DNA from: Hydrolagus colliei
Taxonomy: Eukaryota
Length of the DNA: 59,442 nt
Direction: 5' to 3'
Assembly: GCA_035084275.1 (NCBI GenBank)
Contig: CM068774.1
Span: forward strand, 624,559 to 684,000
The first letter of the stretch is position 1; each line of letters starts with the position of its first letter. This document shows, piece by piece, positions 10,441-21,700 of this stretch. Below the pieces are notes generated by a model. The model had not been told where the DNA came from. It saw nothing but the letters and a program-made list of their open reading frames with translations, and did no database searches. Made by a program: the position numbers and the translations under genes.

Positions 10441-12344
10441 GCATGTGAGTGTGTCAGACAGAGAGAAAGAGGGAGAGTATGTGACTGACAGAGGGAGTGT
10501 GTGTGACTCTGTGTCAGAGAGTGTCAGACAGTGTGAGAGGGAGTGTGCGAGGGAGCTAAAGATGGAGAGAGTGTGAGAGACTAAGTGTGAGGGAGAGACA
10601 GTGAGAGAAAGACTGAGTGTGAGAGAGACAGAGTGAGTCTGAGAATGTGAGAGATAGTGAGAGAGAGACAGAGTGTGTGAGAGAGAGACAGTGAGAGAGA
10701 GAGACTGAATGTGAGAGAGAGAGACTGAGAGAGTGAGAGACTGAATGTGAGAGACAGTGAGAGAGAGACTGAGAGTGTGAGTTACAGAGAGGGTGCGAGA
10801 GAGACTGAGTGTGAGAGAGAATGTCAGAGATTGCTTGTGAGAGTGTCAGAGAAGGAGACTGAGACACATAGAGGCTGAGAATGTGAGATACACAGAGAGA
10901 CTATGAATGGGGTTGGGAGGTGTGGGTGTGTGTGGGGGGGGGGGGAGTGAGGAGAGAGAGCGGGGACTGTGAGGGTGAGAATGGGAGAGAGAACGTGTGA
11001 TATAGGAACTCCATCCCGCAGTCCCTCCGCCTCACCTGCCCTCCTTCCCCGGCTCCTCCAAGTCCCGCCTCGGCCTCTCTCCTCTTTGATGAGCAACTCC
11101 CAATCCTCTCTCATCAGCAACTCCCAATCTCCCCTCCCCTCCCTCCCTCCCCCCCCCCCCCCCCCCCCCGCTGCTCAGCTCGGGCCTGAAACACTGAGAA
11201 TGTGTGAAGTGCGTGTTGTTGTTGTTGCTGTAATGCCGCGGGTCAGCCACTGAGCGGCGCTGTGGTACCGTGACCACAAGGGAGGAATCCCGGTGCGGCA
11301 CCGCCACCTGCCGGCCACGAGCGGGTACTGCAGGCCCCCCCAGCCATGGCTACCAGCCCAGACCTGCAGTCAGGGGGGGCAGTGCCTCCCTCATGAAAAT
11401 AGTAATACAAACTTTAAATTGTAGATGATTATGTGATGGTGTGTATGGTTACAATGCACATTGGACACATTGCAAACCATTAGTAGAAACTAAACCAAAC
11501 TGATTTACTGTGATTTGATCTGCCGGCCTTAACAGCCACAGAAAGGCAGCGAGACGCTGGGCCTTTTCTCCCCATTGAGTTGAATGTAGTTCCGATGCTC
11601 CTGCGCGTTCCTTTCTCAGTGTCTCAGTGTCTCAGTAACGGGCGACATAGGCACAGGCCACCACTGCCTTTCCTCTGTCTGTCCATTGTGATCAGATCAC
11701 ATTGAAATGCCATCTCAGCGCATGGGTATTGCGGAGAAAATTACAAAAGCCCTTCCCCCCCCGTCCCCCCTCCTCCTCAGCCCCCCCCCCCCCCCCCCCC
11801 CCCCGGCAGATCCTCAGCCGCTCACAGGATTTCCCGCCGTGTCTCAAACACAGACTGGAGAGGAGGAAGTTTCCCACTAAAGTCAGGAGATGACGCATGT
11901 TACCAATGGTGTCATACGGCACCTGTCCCCCCCCCCCCCCCTCCTCCCCCACAACCCAGGTAAACTCCCAGCTTCCCGGGTCTCTCTCTCTCTCAGGGGC
12001 GGGGGGGGGTGAGGTCAGCAACAATCAATCAATCAATAATTACATTTATATATCGCCTTTCACGTCGGGAGGACGTCCCGAGGGTCTGAACAGTCAGGGA
12101 GGGACCAGAGCAGGGGCAGGGATGGGGGGGGGAGGGAGTTGAGGTGGTGGGGGGGGGAGAGAGAGCTGGGAGGGGAGGGGGGGGGGGGGAGAGAGCTGGG
12201 AGGGGAGGGGGGTGGGGGGGGGAGAGAGCTGGGAGGGGAGGGGGGGGGGGGAGGAGAATCGACTGTATATTTGTGGGCGAAACGCGGCAGCCAAATTGTG
12301 CACCAGAGCGTCACCACAGTGATAATATGCAGTAGATATTCCCC

Positions 12345-12430
12345 CCCTCCCACTTCCCCCCCACCCCCCCCCCCCGCCGTCTGTCTGTCGACAGACGGCG
12401 GGGGGGGGGGGTGGGGGGGAAGTGGGAGGG
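12345..12430. repeat. Perfect inverted repeat, 41-bp arms, 4-nt loop
   Basis: 12345-12385 is the exact reverse complement of 12390-12430, including the C7/G7 and C12/G12 run lengths. Confidence 0.95.
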
Positions 12431-12499
12431 ATGTGAGAGAGGAGAGAGACACAAAGACACAGATAGAGACAGATAGAGAGATGGAGAGAGTGAGTGTGA

Positions 12500-13468
12500 G
12501 AGACACACACAGAGAGAGAAATTTACCTCCTGAGGAGATTGGCCAACACCTGAGCCAGATCCCTATCCTGCCCCCCTCCCCCTCCCTCCTCCCTCTCTCC
12601 CCCGTCACACTCTCTCTCCCCCTTCTCTCTGTCCCTCTCTCTCTCTATCCCTCTCTCTGTCCCCATTCTCTCTGTCTCTCTGTCTCTCTCTCTCTCTCTC
12701 TCTGTCCCTCTCTCTCTCCCCTGTCCCTTTCTCTCTCTCTGTCCCTCCCATGTCACACACTCTCCGTCGCGTCGAGGACCAAGCAAAATGGCGGCTATCA
12801 CGTGACCGCTGCCAATCGGTGCCGACCACTGAACTGAAAAGAGACCTGCAATGCTCATCTCCACAAAGTGTCGCCACCGATTGTCCGAGGTCGCCATTTT
12901 GGTTGGTCCTCAATGCGACGAGAGTGTGTGTGACAGGGGAGAGAAAGACAGAGAAAGGGGAGAGAGAGGGACAGAGAGAGGGGGGAGAGGGGGACAGGGG
13001 AGAGAGAGTGACAGGGGAGAGAGTGTGACAGGGGAGAGAGTGTGACAGGGGAGAAAAGTGTGACAGGGAGAGAGAGTGACAGGGGAGAGAGAGTGACAGG
13101 GGAGAGAGAGTGACAGGGGAGAGAGAGTGACAGGGGAGAGAGTGTGACAGGGGAGAGAGTGTGACAGGGGAGAGAGAGTGACAGGGGAGAGAGAGTGACA
13201 GGGGAGAGAGTGTGACAGGGGAGAGAGAGTGACAGGGGAGAGAGTGTGACAGGGGAGAGAGTGTGACGGGAGAGAGTGTGACGGGGGAGAGGGGAGAGAG
13301 TGTGACAGGGGAGAGAGTGTAACAGGGGAGAGAGAGGGCCAGGGGAGAGAGAGGGACAGGGGAGAGAGTGAGGCAGGGGAGAGAGTGTGACAGGGGAGAG
13401 AGGGAGGGGGATGGGGGGAGGATGTGGATCTGTCTCAGGGGTTGGCCTATCTCTCGTGGTGGTACATA

Positions 13469-13503
<35 letters not shown>

Positions 13504-13525
13504 CTGTCTGTCTATCATATATACA
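12500..13525. repeat. Large imperfect fold-back (inverted repeat) with internal minisatellite arms
   Basis: Outer arms ~12504-12620 and ~13381-13500; inner arms 12751-12826 and 12870-12935; 43-nt loop. Between them are CT-rich and (GAGAGAGTGACAGGG)n tracts. Confidence 0.85.
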
Positions 13526-13725
13526 NNNNNNNNNNNNNNNNNNNNNNNNNNNNNNNNNNNNNNNNNNNNNNNNNNNNNNNNNNNNNNNNNNNNNNNNNNN
13601 NNNNNNNNNNNNNNNNNNNNNNNNNNNNNNNNNNNNNNNNNNNNNNNNNNNNNNNNNNNNNNNNNNNNNNNNNNNNNNNNNNNNNNNNNNNNNNNNNNNN
13701 NNNNNNNNNNNNNNNNNNNNNNNNN

Positions 13726-13767
13726 TCCTGAAGATACAAACCTCCTCAATAACACTGCCGGCCAACG
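13726..13767 (+). pseudogene. Possible 3' end of an exon emerging from a gap (ICAM-like locus?)
   Basis: LKIQTSSITLPAN + G|GTAAGT: strong donor, phase 1 as in Ig exons. The rest is hidden in the N-run. Confidence 0.3.
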
Positions 13768-14009
13768 GTAAGTTCCTTTTTAGTCGTAAAGGTTCTAATG
13801 AACGGGGGTGAAACATAAGCTGAGAGTTTTATATAAAACTTTGTAGGTCTTTATGCCAAGGACACAGAGTGTGCATGAGTTTCACTGTCTCTTTTTTCAA
13901 CAAGGAGGAATTTTATCACAAGAGACACTGATGGACAGCACACGCCATGTAGACAGTTTGGTTAAATGGTCACACGGGTAACTTAAGGTTAAATAAGGGA
14001 ACCTGTGTT

Positions 14010-14545
14010 ATCCTGGGGTTCCACTGTTCGGGGCACGAAGTTTGGTACCGCTCCAAACTCCGCTCCCCCACTACCCCATTACCCCATTACCCCAGTCCTT
14101 CACTGGCTCACTGTCCCCGAGAGGATCGACTTCAAGATCCTCACCCTTGTTTTCAAATCCCTCCACTCCTCTGCACCCCCCCCCCCCCCCCCCCCCCCCC
14201 TCCCACCACCTCTCTGATCTTCTCTCTCCCCAAACCAGCTCCCATTGCCTTCGCTCCCCTGGGTCTGGCCTCCTCCATGTGTGTCCCCGGAATCCTCCGC
14301 TCCACCCTCGGCGGCCGTGCCTTCAGTCACTACCCCCCGAGGCTCTGGAACTCCCTCCCTCACTCCCTGCCCCTCGCCCCCTCTCTTCCCAGCTTCAGGT
14401 CACAGCTGAAGACCTTTCTCTTCGACCTTTGCTCACCTCTCTCCCCCTGCCCCCTGGCTCGGGCCCGGGATCCCTTACTGTGAAGCTCTGAGACGCCGCC
14501 CGGCGTGGAGGGCGCTATGTAAATCATAGTTGTTGTTGTTGTTGT
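14010..14545 (+). mobile_element. L2 LINE 3' end
   Basis: PITPVLHWLTVPERIDFKILTLVFKSLH; 3' UTR ending gggcgctatgtaaat...(GTT)n. Confidence 0.9.
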
Positions 14546-15262
14546 GACTGTAGGAATGCGGGCGGGCGGAGTTTGGGATGAGATGAATGGACTGATGCAG
14601 GAGTTCTGATTTCTGACACAGACCCTGCCCACAGCAAAACAGGCAATTCACCATTTCTTGGTGTGAACCAGCTGCGTATCTGTCCCTTCTCGTCTGTGTC
14701 TGTGTCTGGGTGTGTGTGAGTGTCTGGGTGTGTGTGTATGTGTGTCTGGGTGTGTGTGTGTGAGTGTCTGTGTGTGTGTGTGTGTATCTGTGTGTGTGTG
14801 TCTCGATGTGTGTGTCTGGGTGTGTGTGTGTGGAGTAAGGAAACTTACCCCAACCCCAAAACCCTAACTCCTAACCAACCTGTACCCTAACCCCCCCCTT
14901 ATTGTAAGTAATTAACAGGCTTCAGGTTGTTTAAAAACTGGGGAGATAAAGAATATTTTCTTAGTTTTATTATTCCTATTTTCAAAGCGTGTCAGGCAAG
15001 TTTCCTGACTCCACACGCCTAATAATAATACGTTCCACCCACAAAATCGATAATAATTTGGTGTTTTCAACCCACGCCTGTGTGTGTGTGGGAGAGACGC
15101 TGCTGTGAGCAATTGGCTGCCACGTGTTTCGCTCGCCCACGAATATATATACAGTCAGTTCACTTTACAGTATATTCTGTGAAGCGCTTTGAGATGTCGA
15201 TAAGATGTGAAAAGCTCTACACCAAACACAAGGATTATTATTATTATTATTATATGATTTGT

Positions 15263-15530
15263 AAGCCTCGGAACACGACCATATCAAGCGATAAAAGCGA
15301 CAAACACCACAGTCTCCTGTAGAATTCTCATGCGGTGACATTAACCTGCCATTGCACAGCAAGTCCATCGACTAATTACAGCTGGGATTACCCTAATGTG
15401 ACCCCAGATGTTAAAGTGTTTCCCTCTGGAGCTCTGTTTATCTCTAACGCAAACTCAAGACCCAGAGGAATTATGGAAATGCGCAGCTCGTGATCACCTC
15501 GGAACTGATCACAGTCAGAGGAGAGTTTAA
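15263..15530 (+). pseudogene. Decayed ICAM/VCAM-like Ig-domain exon
   Basis: KPRNTTISSDKSDKHHSLL*NSHAVTLTCHCTASPSTNYSWDYPNVTPDVKVFPSGALFISNANS, then a shifted frame ...KCAARDHLGTD. In-frame TAG at 15320; the 5' end abuts a SINE tail. Confidence 0.7.
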
Positions 15531-16189
15531 AATCTCTACAAAATCTGATTGAGTCACGTGAATTTTCAACAACTTTGATTTGTGGAGCGCTCTCCACGCC
15601 GGACAGCGCCTCAGAGCGGGTCAAGGAGCGATGTGGCAATTCTGCTGTCTGTCGCCTTGTTTTATTTGACTTTTTGGAGCCTGTGGTAGTTCAGTGATGA
15701 GGGCGCTGGCCTCGCAAGCGGTTATAACAGTCGCTCGCGTTTGATATCGCGCTTTTCACGTCTTCTAGACTTCGAGCCTCGTGCTATTCATGGATCAGCT
15801 GCCGGGTGGCAGTGCTGCTCTCTGAAGCATTGTTGGTGTCAGTCCACCTGGCTCATGGTCAGGACGTGTAAGTCAGATAGGCCACTGGGAACAGCTTCTG
15901 TTAATCCTGCAGGACAAAGCCCCGAAGGCTGTTCCCTGGTGGATCCTGCCTGCAATGTTCTCAACAGCAAACTACGAAGGTTTAGCTGCTTGAACTCCAA
16001 AGCTCAGGCTTTAGTGATGGGTTTCCACCGGTCTCAAGCACTTGGCTGTCCAAAAAACATCAGCTAGACTGCGACGATTGGTCTCAGAATCTCTCTGTCC
16101 TGAGATCCATTCAGTGACTGATCTCTCCTCGACCTTGAAGTGTGGAGCTCCTGTAGCTCAGTGGTTAGAGCACTTGCCTTACAAGTGTG

Positions 16190-16770
16190 AGACCTCATTC
16201 AAAACTCTGCCGCCCGCATTCTCGCCCTCACCAAGCTTCGCTCCCCCATTACCCCAGGCCTTGCCAGACTTCACTGGCTCCCTGTCCCTGAGAGGATCGA
16301 TTTCAAGATCCTCACCCTTGTTTTCAAGTCCTCTGCACCCCCCATCTCTCTGATCTCCTCTCTCTCCTCAAACCAGCTCCCGTTGCCTTCACTCCACTGG
16401 GTCTGGCCTCCTCCATGTCCCCCCCGAATCCTCCGTTCCGCCCTCGGCGGCCGTGCCTTCAGCCACTACCCCCCCGAGGCTCTGGAATTCCCTCCCTCAC
16501 TCCCTTCCCCTCGCTCCCTCTCTTCCCAGTTTCAAGTCCCAGCTTAAGACCTTTCTCTTCGACCGCGCCCCAGGTAGCAAGCCCATATGGGACAATTTGG
16601 GTTGATCCAGGCCCATATGGGCCCCACATGGGCTTGCTACCTGGGGCCTTTGGTCACCTTTCTCCCCCTGCCCCTGGCTCGGTCCCGGAATCCGCTGTTG
16701 TGAAGCTCTGAGACGCCATCCGGCGTGGAGTGAGGGCGCTATATAAATAAAGTTGTTGTTGTTGTTGTGT
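16190..16770 (+). mobile_element. L2 LINE 3' end interrupted by a MITE
   Basis: Same L2 3' sequence as the 14010-14545 copy. Confidence 0.85.
16569..16645. mobile_element. 77-bp MITE with CCCAG termini (EnSpm/CACTA-like)
   Basis: 23-bp TIR CCCAGGTAGCAAGCCCAT(A/G)TGGG; 2-bp TSD GC. Removing it restores the L2 sequence gaccgcgcctttggtcacc. Confidence 0.85.
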
Positions 16771-16815
16771 TCAAATCCAGGTAGATCAGGGCAAAACCTT
16801 GGGCAAGTTTCCTTA

Positions 16816-16864
<49 letters not shown>

Positions 16865-17137
16865 ATTCTGTGAAGCGCTTTGAGACGTCGATAAGATGTA
16901 ACAAGCGCTCTATCAAGTTCAAGGATTATTATTATTATTATTAAGTGACAAATCATTCTGTACCAACCTTGTGTTTGTCCCCCAATGTTCTGGCTAATTT
17001 TGGAAACTCTAATTGCAATCTTGCTCTACTCCTGATTGACTGTGGCTGCTGTAGGCAATGGGATGGTGCAGTTACAGCAGTGATTGGCCACAATTACATC
17101 AATCATTTCGTGTAAAACTGTCCTTTTCTTCCTCCAG

Positions 17138-17217
17138 GTATCATATGGAAAATAATATGTTTTATTGCAGGAATTATCGCAGCCATTGCAGTAATTGGAA
17201 CTGTCATGAATCACCGT
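17138..17217 (+). pseudogene. Transmembrane exon of the decayed Ig gene, cut by a SINE
   Basis: Strong acceptor ctgtccttttcttcctccag, phase 1; (G)IIWKIICFIAGIIAAIAVIGTVMNHR. A minus-strand SINE follows at ~17220-17390. Confidence 0.7.
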
Positions 17218-17786
17218 TTGCAGCTCAGCGGCTGGGCCCCACAAACAGTCTTGGGTTGAAACGACCAGTTTATTATTGGGGGTTGTTTGAGGGATTATTA
17301 TCAGGCGTGTCTGTGTGTGTGGGGTTAGGAAAACTTGCCCAAGGTTTTGCACTGTTGGGAACTGAATCCGGGTTTCTCGCTTGTTATGTGACATCACAGA
17401 GACAATCCTATCCGCCGTGACCAAAGCGCTATCCGCCATGACAGCTTGAGGGGACACTATTGGAAGAGAAGAGAATTTCTCTCACAATCCTCCGATAACA
17501 ACAGCAAAATTGCACTTGTCTAGCGCCTTTTACGTCAGCAGGACGTCCCAAGGCCCTGGACAGTCACTGTGTCAGACACGAGGCGGGGTGGGGGTGGGGG
17601 TGAGGATAGGGGGGCAGGGAGGTGGGTGGGGGGGGGTGGAGGGGGTGGAGGGTGGGGGGGGTGGAGGGTGGGTGGGGGGGCGGGGAGGGGGGGTAAGGGG
17701 GGCATTAGGAGTTGCCGATGGGATTATTCAAGAGGAAATTGGGGACATTCATGTCATTGCTTCTTGAGCAGCAAGTATACATAAAA

Positions 17787-18150
17787 TCATAGAATCTTAC
17801 GGCACAAAAGGAGACCATTCGGCCCATCTAGTCTGTGCCGACTCTTTGAAAAGAGCAACTCAACCCCACTGCCCTGCCCGCTCCCCATAACCTAACAGAC
17901 CTGTTCTCCCTAAATAAAGATCTCATTCTCTTTTAAAAGCTGTTATTGAATCGGCCTCCATCACCTTTTCAGGCAATGCATTCCAGATTCAAACAACCCG
18001 CTGAGTGAAAACATTTCTCCTCAGCTCCCCTCTGCTTCGTTTTGAAACTAATTTAAATCTGTGACCACGAGTCCTCCAGTGGAAACAGTTTTTGTCTCTG
18101 TCGATTCCCCTCATGATCATAAAAACCTCTATTAGGTCTCCGCAAACCTT
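17787..18150 (-). mobile_element. Young CR1 3' fragment
   Basis: catagaat tail and CR1 3' UTR matching the 27934 copy. Confidence 0.9.
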
Positions 18151-19395
18151 CTCGGGCCTTCAGTTTCTCCCACCCTATGGAATGCCATCCCTCAATCCCT
18201 CCGTTTCGTTTCTTCCCTTTCCTCTTTCAAGGCCGGTTTGAAGACTTTCCTCTTCGATCGTGCCTTTTGTTCCCCCCCGAACTCTTTTACCTCCCCTTCG
18301 TGTTTCACCCCTTCCCAAACACTCCCCTCTCAGCTCGGGTCACACGCCTCCTGTGCAGCGCCTTGGGACGTCCTCCCGACATGAAAGGCGCTCTATAAAT
18401 GTAATTTGTTGTTGTTGTTGTTCTCTGTTCCAATGAGAATAAACCTAGCCTCTCTAGCCTTTCCTCATGTGCGAGCTGGTTGATGTATTTGGCACAGTCA
18501 CTACACTGAACAACGATTATCAGCGAAGCCTCTGAGATGTATTTTGTGGGATGTGTTTACTATATCAAATGGAGACAAACACAGGAGCTTATCTATACCC
18601 CTGCCCCAGCATTGTCATTCCACCTCTTGGCAGTACCCAACCGCATCTCACTCTTACCAGCCTCAGCAACAACAACAACCACAACATTTGCATTTGTCTA
18701 AAGCTCAGAATAGTCACATTTTGCGGGTGAGATACTGTGCAAAGTTGACTGAGTTTGGGTTGACACCGAAATTCTTGAAATCACTAGGGCTTGATGCGCT
18801 GGCGTGGCTCCAGATAAGTCTGTGTCTGTTCAACCCGTATCGTCTATTTTTTCAGGTTTTGCTTGAATTCATATTTCTTGATTCATGACTTAATGAATCG
18901 TTTGGGCGAAACGCGGTGGCAGCCAACTGCGCACAGGAGGGTCTCACAAACCGTCGTGGATTGAGTCCCCAAATTATAATAATAATAATAATCCTTGGAT
19001 TTGATATAGAGCCTTTCATACCTTCCAGACGTCTCAAAGCGCTTTACGGAATATACTGTAAAGTGAATTGACTGTATATTTGTGGGCGAAACGCGGCAGT
19101 CGATTGGCACAGCAGCGTCCCCCACAAACAGCCGTGGATTGAAATTACAATTTTATTATAGGTTTTGTTTTGAACGGATTGTTAGTGTGTGTGTTTGTGT
19201 GTGTCCATGTCTGTGTGTGTGTGTGTGTGGAGTAAGGAAAACCTGTCCAAGGTTTTGCCCTGACCTATATGGATTCAAAACACAGATCTCACACTTGTAA
19301 GGCAAGTGAGTGCTCTAACCACTGAGCTACAGGACTCCAAATTGATAGAGTCACCAAATTATTATTATTAGGATTATTTTCTATCTGTTACCCAC

Positions 19396-19513
19396 ACGTG
19401 ATAATTACATTCGGAGAATCCTCTGTGGATCCATACTGATTGGTGGCCATAGAGAAACACAGGCCAACATCATCCGTGTGGACTGTCTGGATATGAAGCT
19501 CGGAGGTTTCCAG
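19396..19513 (-). pseudogene. Decayed Ig-domain exon (C-terminal half)
   Basis: LETSELHIQTVHTDDVGLCFSMATNQYGSTEDSPNVIIT + T|GTGGGT, phase 1. The DxGxYxC motif has decayed to DVGLCFS; in-frame TGA directly upstream. Confidence 0.6.
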
Positions 19514-19659
19514 TCATTGATACAGGTTAACAGGAGTTAACTTCCGCATTGCAAACTGTGGTTTCCCTTCACCACAGCCGTAAGTCTATTGATACTAAAC
19601 AGGCAAGCTTTGCCGACTAGAAGAGACAGATTCACCACCGCCAGTTGACATCCTCCCGA

Positions 19660-20350
19660 CGTGAAAGGGCAAGGGAACAAGAGTCAGGGTTGGGGGAGGG
19701 GTGGGACAGAGTTCAGAGGGGAGGGAGAGAGTTGGGAGGGAAGCAGAAGACACGGTCGAAGAGGAGGGTCTTGAGACTGGCCTTGAAGGAGACGAGAGAG
19801 GGAGTGAGGTGAAGTGACTGTGGGATGGATTTCCGAGGTTTGGGGGCAGAGAGGCTGAAAGCCCGGCCGCCGATGGTAGGGTGGGTCGGGCAGGGGCCAT
19901 GGAGCAGGCCAGAGGGGACTGGGAAGTTCATAGGGTGACAGCAGGTCAGAGAGACAGACGGGGCAAGGCCGTGAATGGCCTTGAAAGTGAGGACGAGCAT
20001 CTTGAATTGGATCCTCTGGGGGACGGGGAGCCAGGGGAGACGGGCGAGGGGGGGAGTGATGTGGTCGGGGAGTCTGGTGCGGGAGAGAACACGAGCTGAG
20101 GAATTCTGAATGATCTGCATCTTGTGAAGGGAAGAGCTGGGGAGGGCCAACGAGGAGAGAGTTCCCGTAATCCAGCCTAGATGTAATGAAGGCATGTATG
20201 TGTGTTTTGACGGCATGGGGGGTGAGGCAAGTGGCGGAGTCTGGCAATGTTACGGAGGTGGTGGAAGGCTGTACCGGTCATGGTGTGGATATGAGGGAGG
20301 AAGGACAGTTCGGGGTCAAACAAGTCGCCCGGATTCCTGACTGGCTTCGA
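19660..20350 (-). mobile_element. L2 LINE 3' fragment
   Basis: VKTHIHAFITSRLDYGNSLLVG; LPWLPVPQRIQFKMLVLTFKAIHGLAP. Confidence 0.9.
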
Positions 20351-21114
20351 GAATAATGAGGATATTGTCCCATCCACATGAACTCGTTTTTCAAGGAATA
20401 AACGAACTAGTAATTGGTTCTCATATTGAGTTTGTTTGCTTTTTGGAAATGAGATGTCTTAATATTTATAATTGTGCCTTCTTTAATAACCCATTACCAT
20501 CTTGATTTCAACACTCACACTCGTCTTCAAATCCCACATACACACACACACACACACTCCCTTTCTCCCTTCATTGCAACCCCCCCCACCCCACCCCACC
20601 CACCCACCCGCATTTTCAGCCCATCAAACAAACAATTATTGTGCAATTCAAGGGACTCATACAGAGAAAGCTCTCTCTCTCTCTCTCTCAAGAGCAGAGC
20701 AGAGTGCGAGATGTTTCAGGTGGTGTTTCCACACCCAGAAGAGGCGTGAGTTGCTCACTACTGATTGGACTGAGTGATTTGGTTGCAGGATTTTCAACTG
20801 TCCAGAAACAACCAGGATTTGGCTCCGAATTCATTTGCTGGATTGATGTGCTGCTGTAAATCGCCCCTCACTGCGGCAGGTAGACAAGGCAGAAGCCAGT
20901 TTCAATCCCTATCGCCAAACTTTGTGTAAAAGTAAACTCGTTCTCGATACTGCAGTTATTCTTGTGTAAAGTTATCAGTGTTTTACTGTGGCCTCCCCCC
21001 TCCCCCACGTTGCCGCCATGTGGCTTTTTACTTTCATTTGCTGTTTAAAAAAGCAAACAGGATACATTCATTTCATTTCTTTCTTTCATTTCATTTAAAA
21101 AAAATACGAGATAC

Positions 21115-21700
21115 TAGTCTTTATAAATAGGGGTATAATAGGGGTATAGAGTACAAAGTCAGGAAGTTCTGACTAAACTCAATAAAACTTTGGTTAGGCC
21201 TCAGCTAGAGTACTGTGTACAATTCTGGTCACCACACTTTAGGAAGGATGTTGAGGCATTGGAAAGGGAGCAGAGGAGATTTACTAGGATGGTACCAGGA
21301 ATGAGGGACTTCAGTTATGAGGAAAGGCTAGAGAGGCTGGGTTTAGATCATGAGGGGATGCGACAGAGTAAATAAGAAAAAACTGTTTCCACTGGTGGGC
21401 GTATCAGTGACTCGTGGTCACAGATTTAAAACAGGTTTCAAAACGAAGCAGAGGGGAGCTGAGGAGAAATGTTTTCACTCACTCAGCGGGTTGTTGGAAT
21501 CTGGAATGCATTGCCTGAAAAGGCCGATTCAATAACAGCTTTTAAAAGCGAGGTAGACATTTATCTGGGGAGACGGGTTTGAGAGGTTATGGGGAGAGAG
21601 CTGGGGAGTGGGGTTAAATAGCTCTTTTTAAAGAGCCGGCACAGACTCGATGGGCTGAATGGCCTCCTTTTGTGCCGTAAGATTCTATGATTCTATGATT
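21115..21700 (+). mobile_element. Young CR1 3' fragment
   Basis: VRPQLEYCVQFWSPHFRKDV; ends gattctatgattctatg. Confidence 0.9.

Noticed and set aside
11830-11910. NF-kB/PU.1/E2F-like motifs and a short ATG exon as the start of the ICAM-like gene
   Set aside because: Short motifs in GC-rich DNA; weak donor; peptide not signal-like.
152-13816. Long ORFs spanning N-runs or GA/CT/CA microsatellites (e.g. 152-781, 6839-7393, 12139-12837, 12605-13816)
   Set aside because: Open only because of Ns or low-complexity DNA; no domain signal.
18650-18700. Leader-like MQMLWLLLLLRL|GTAAGA on the minus strand
   Set aside because: It coincides with an (AAC)n L2/SINE tail remnant, and it is phase 0 rather than the phase 1 expected before an Ig exon.
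20710-20746. MFQVVFPHPEE + GTGAGT as the lectin first exon
   Set aside because: Ends in phase 2, whereas the TM exon needs phase 1; no bridging exon found.
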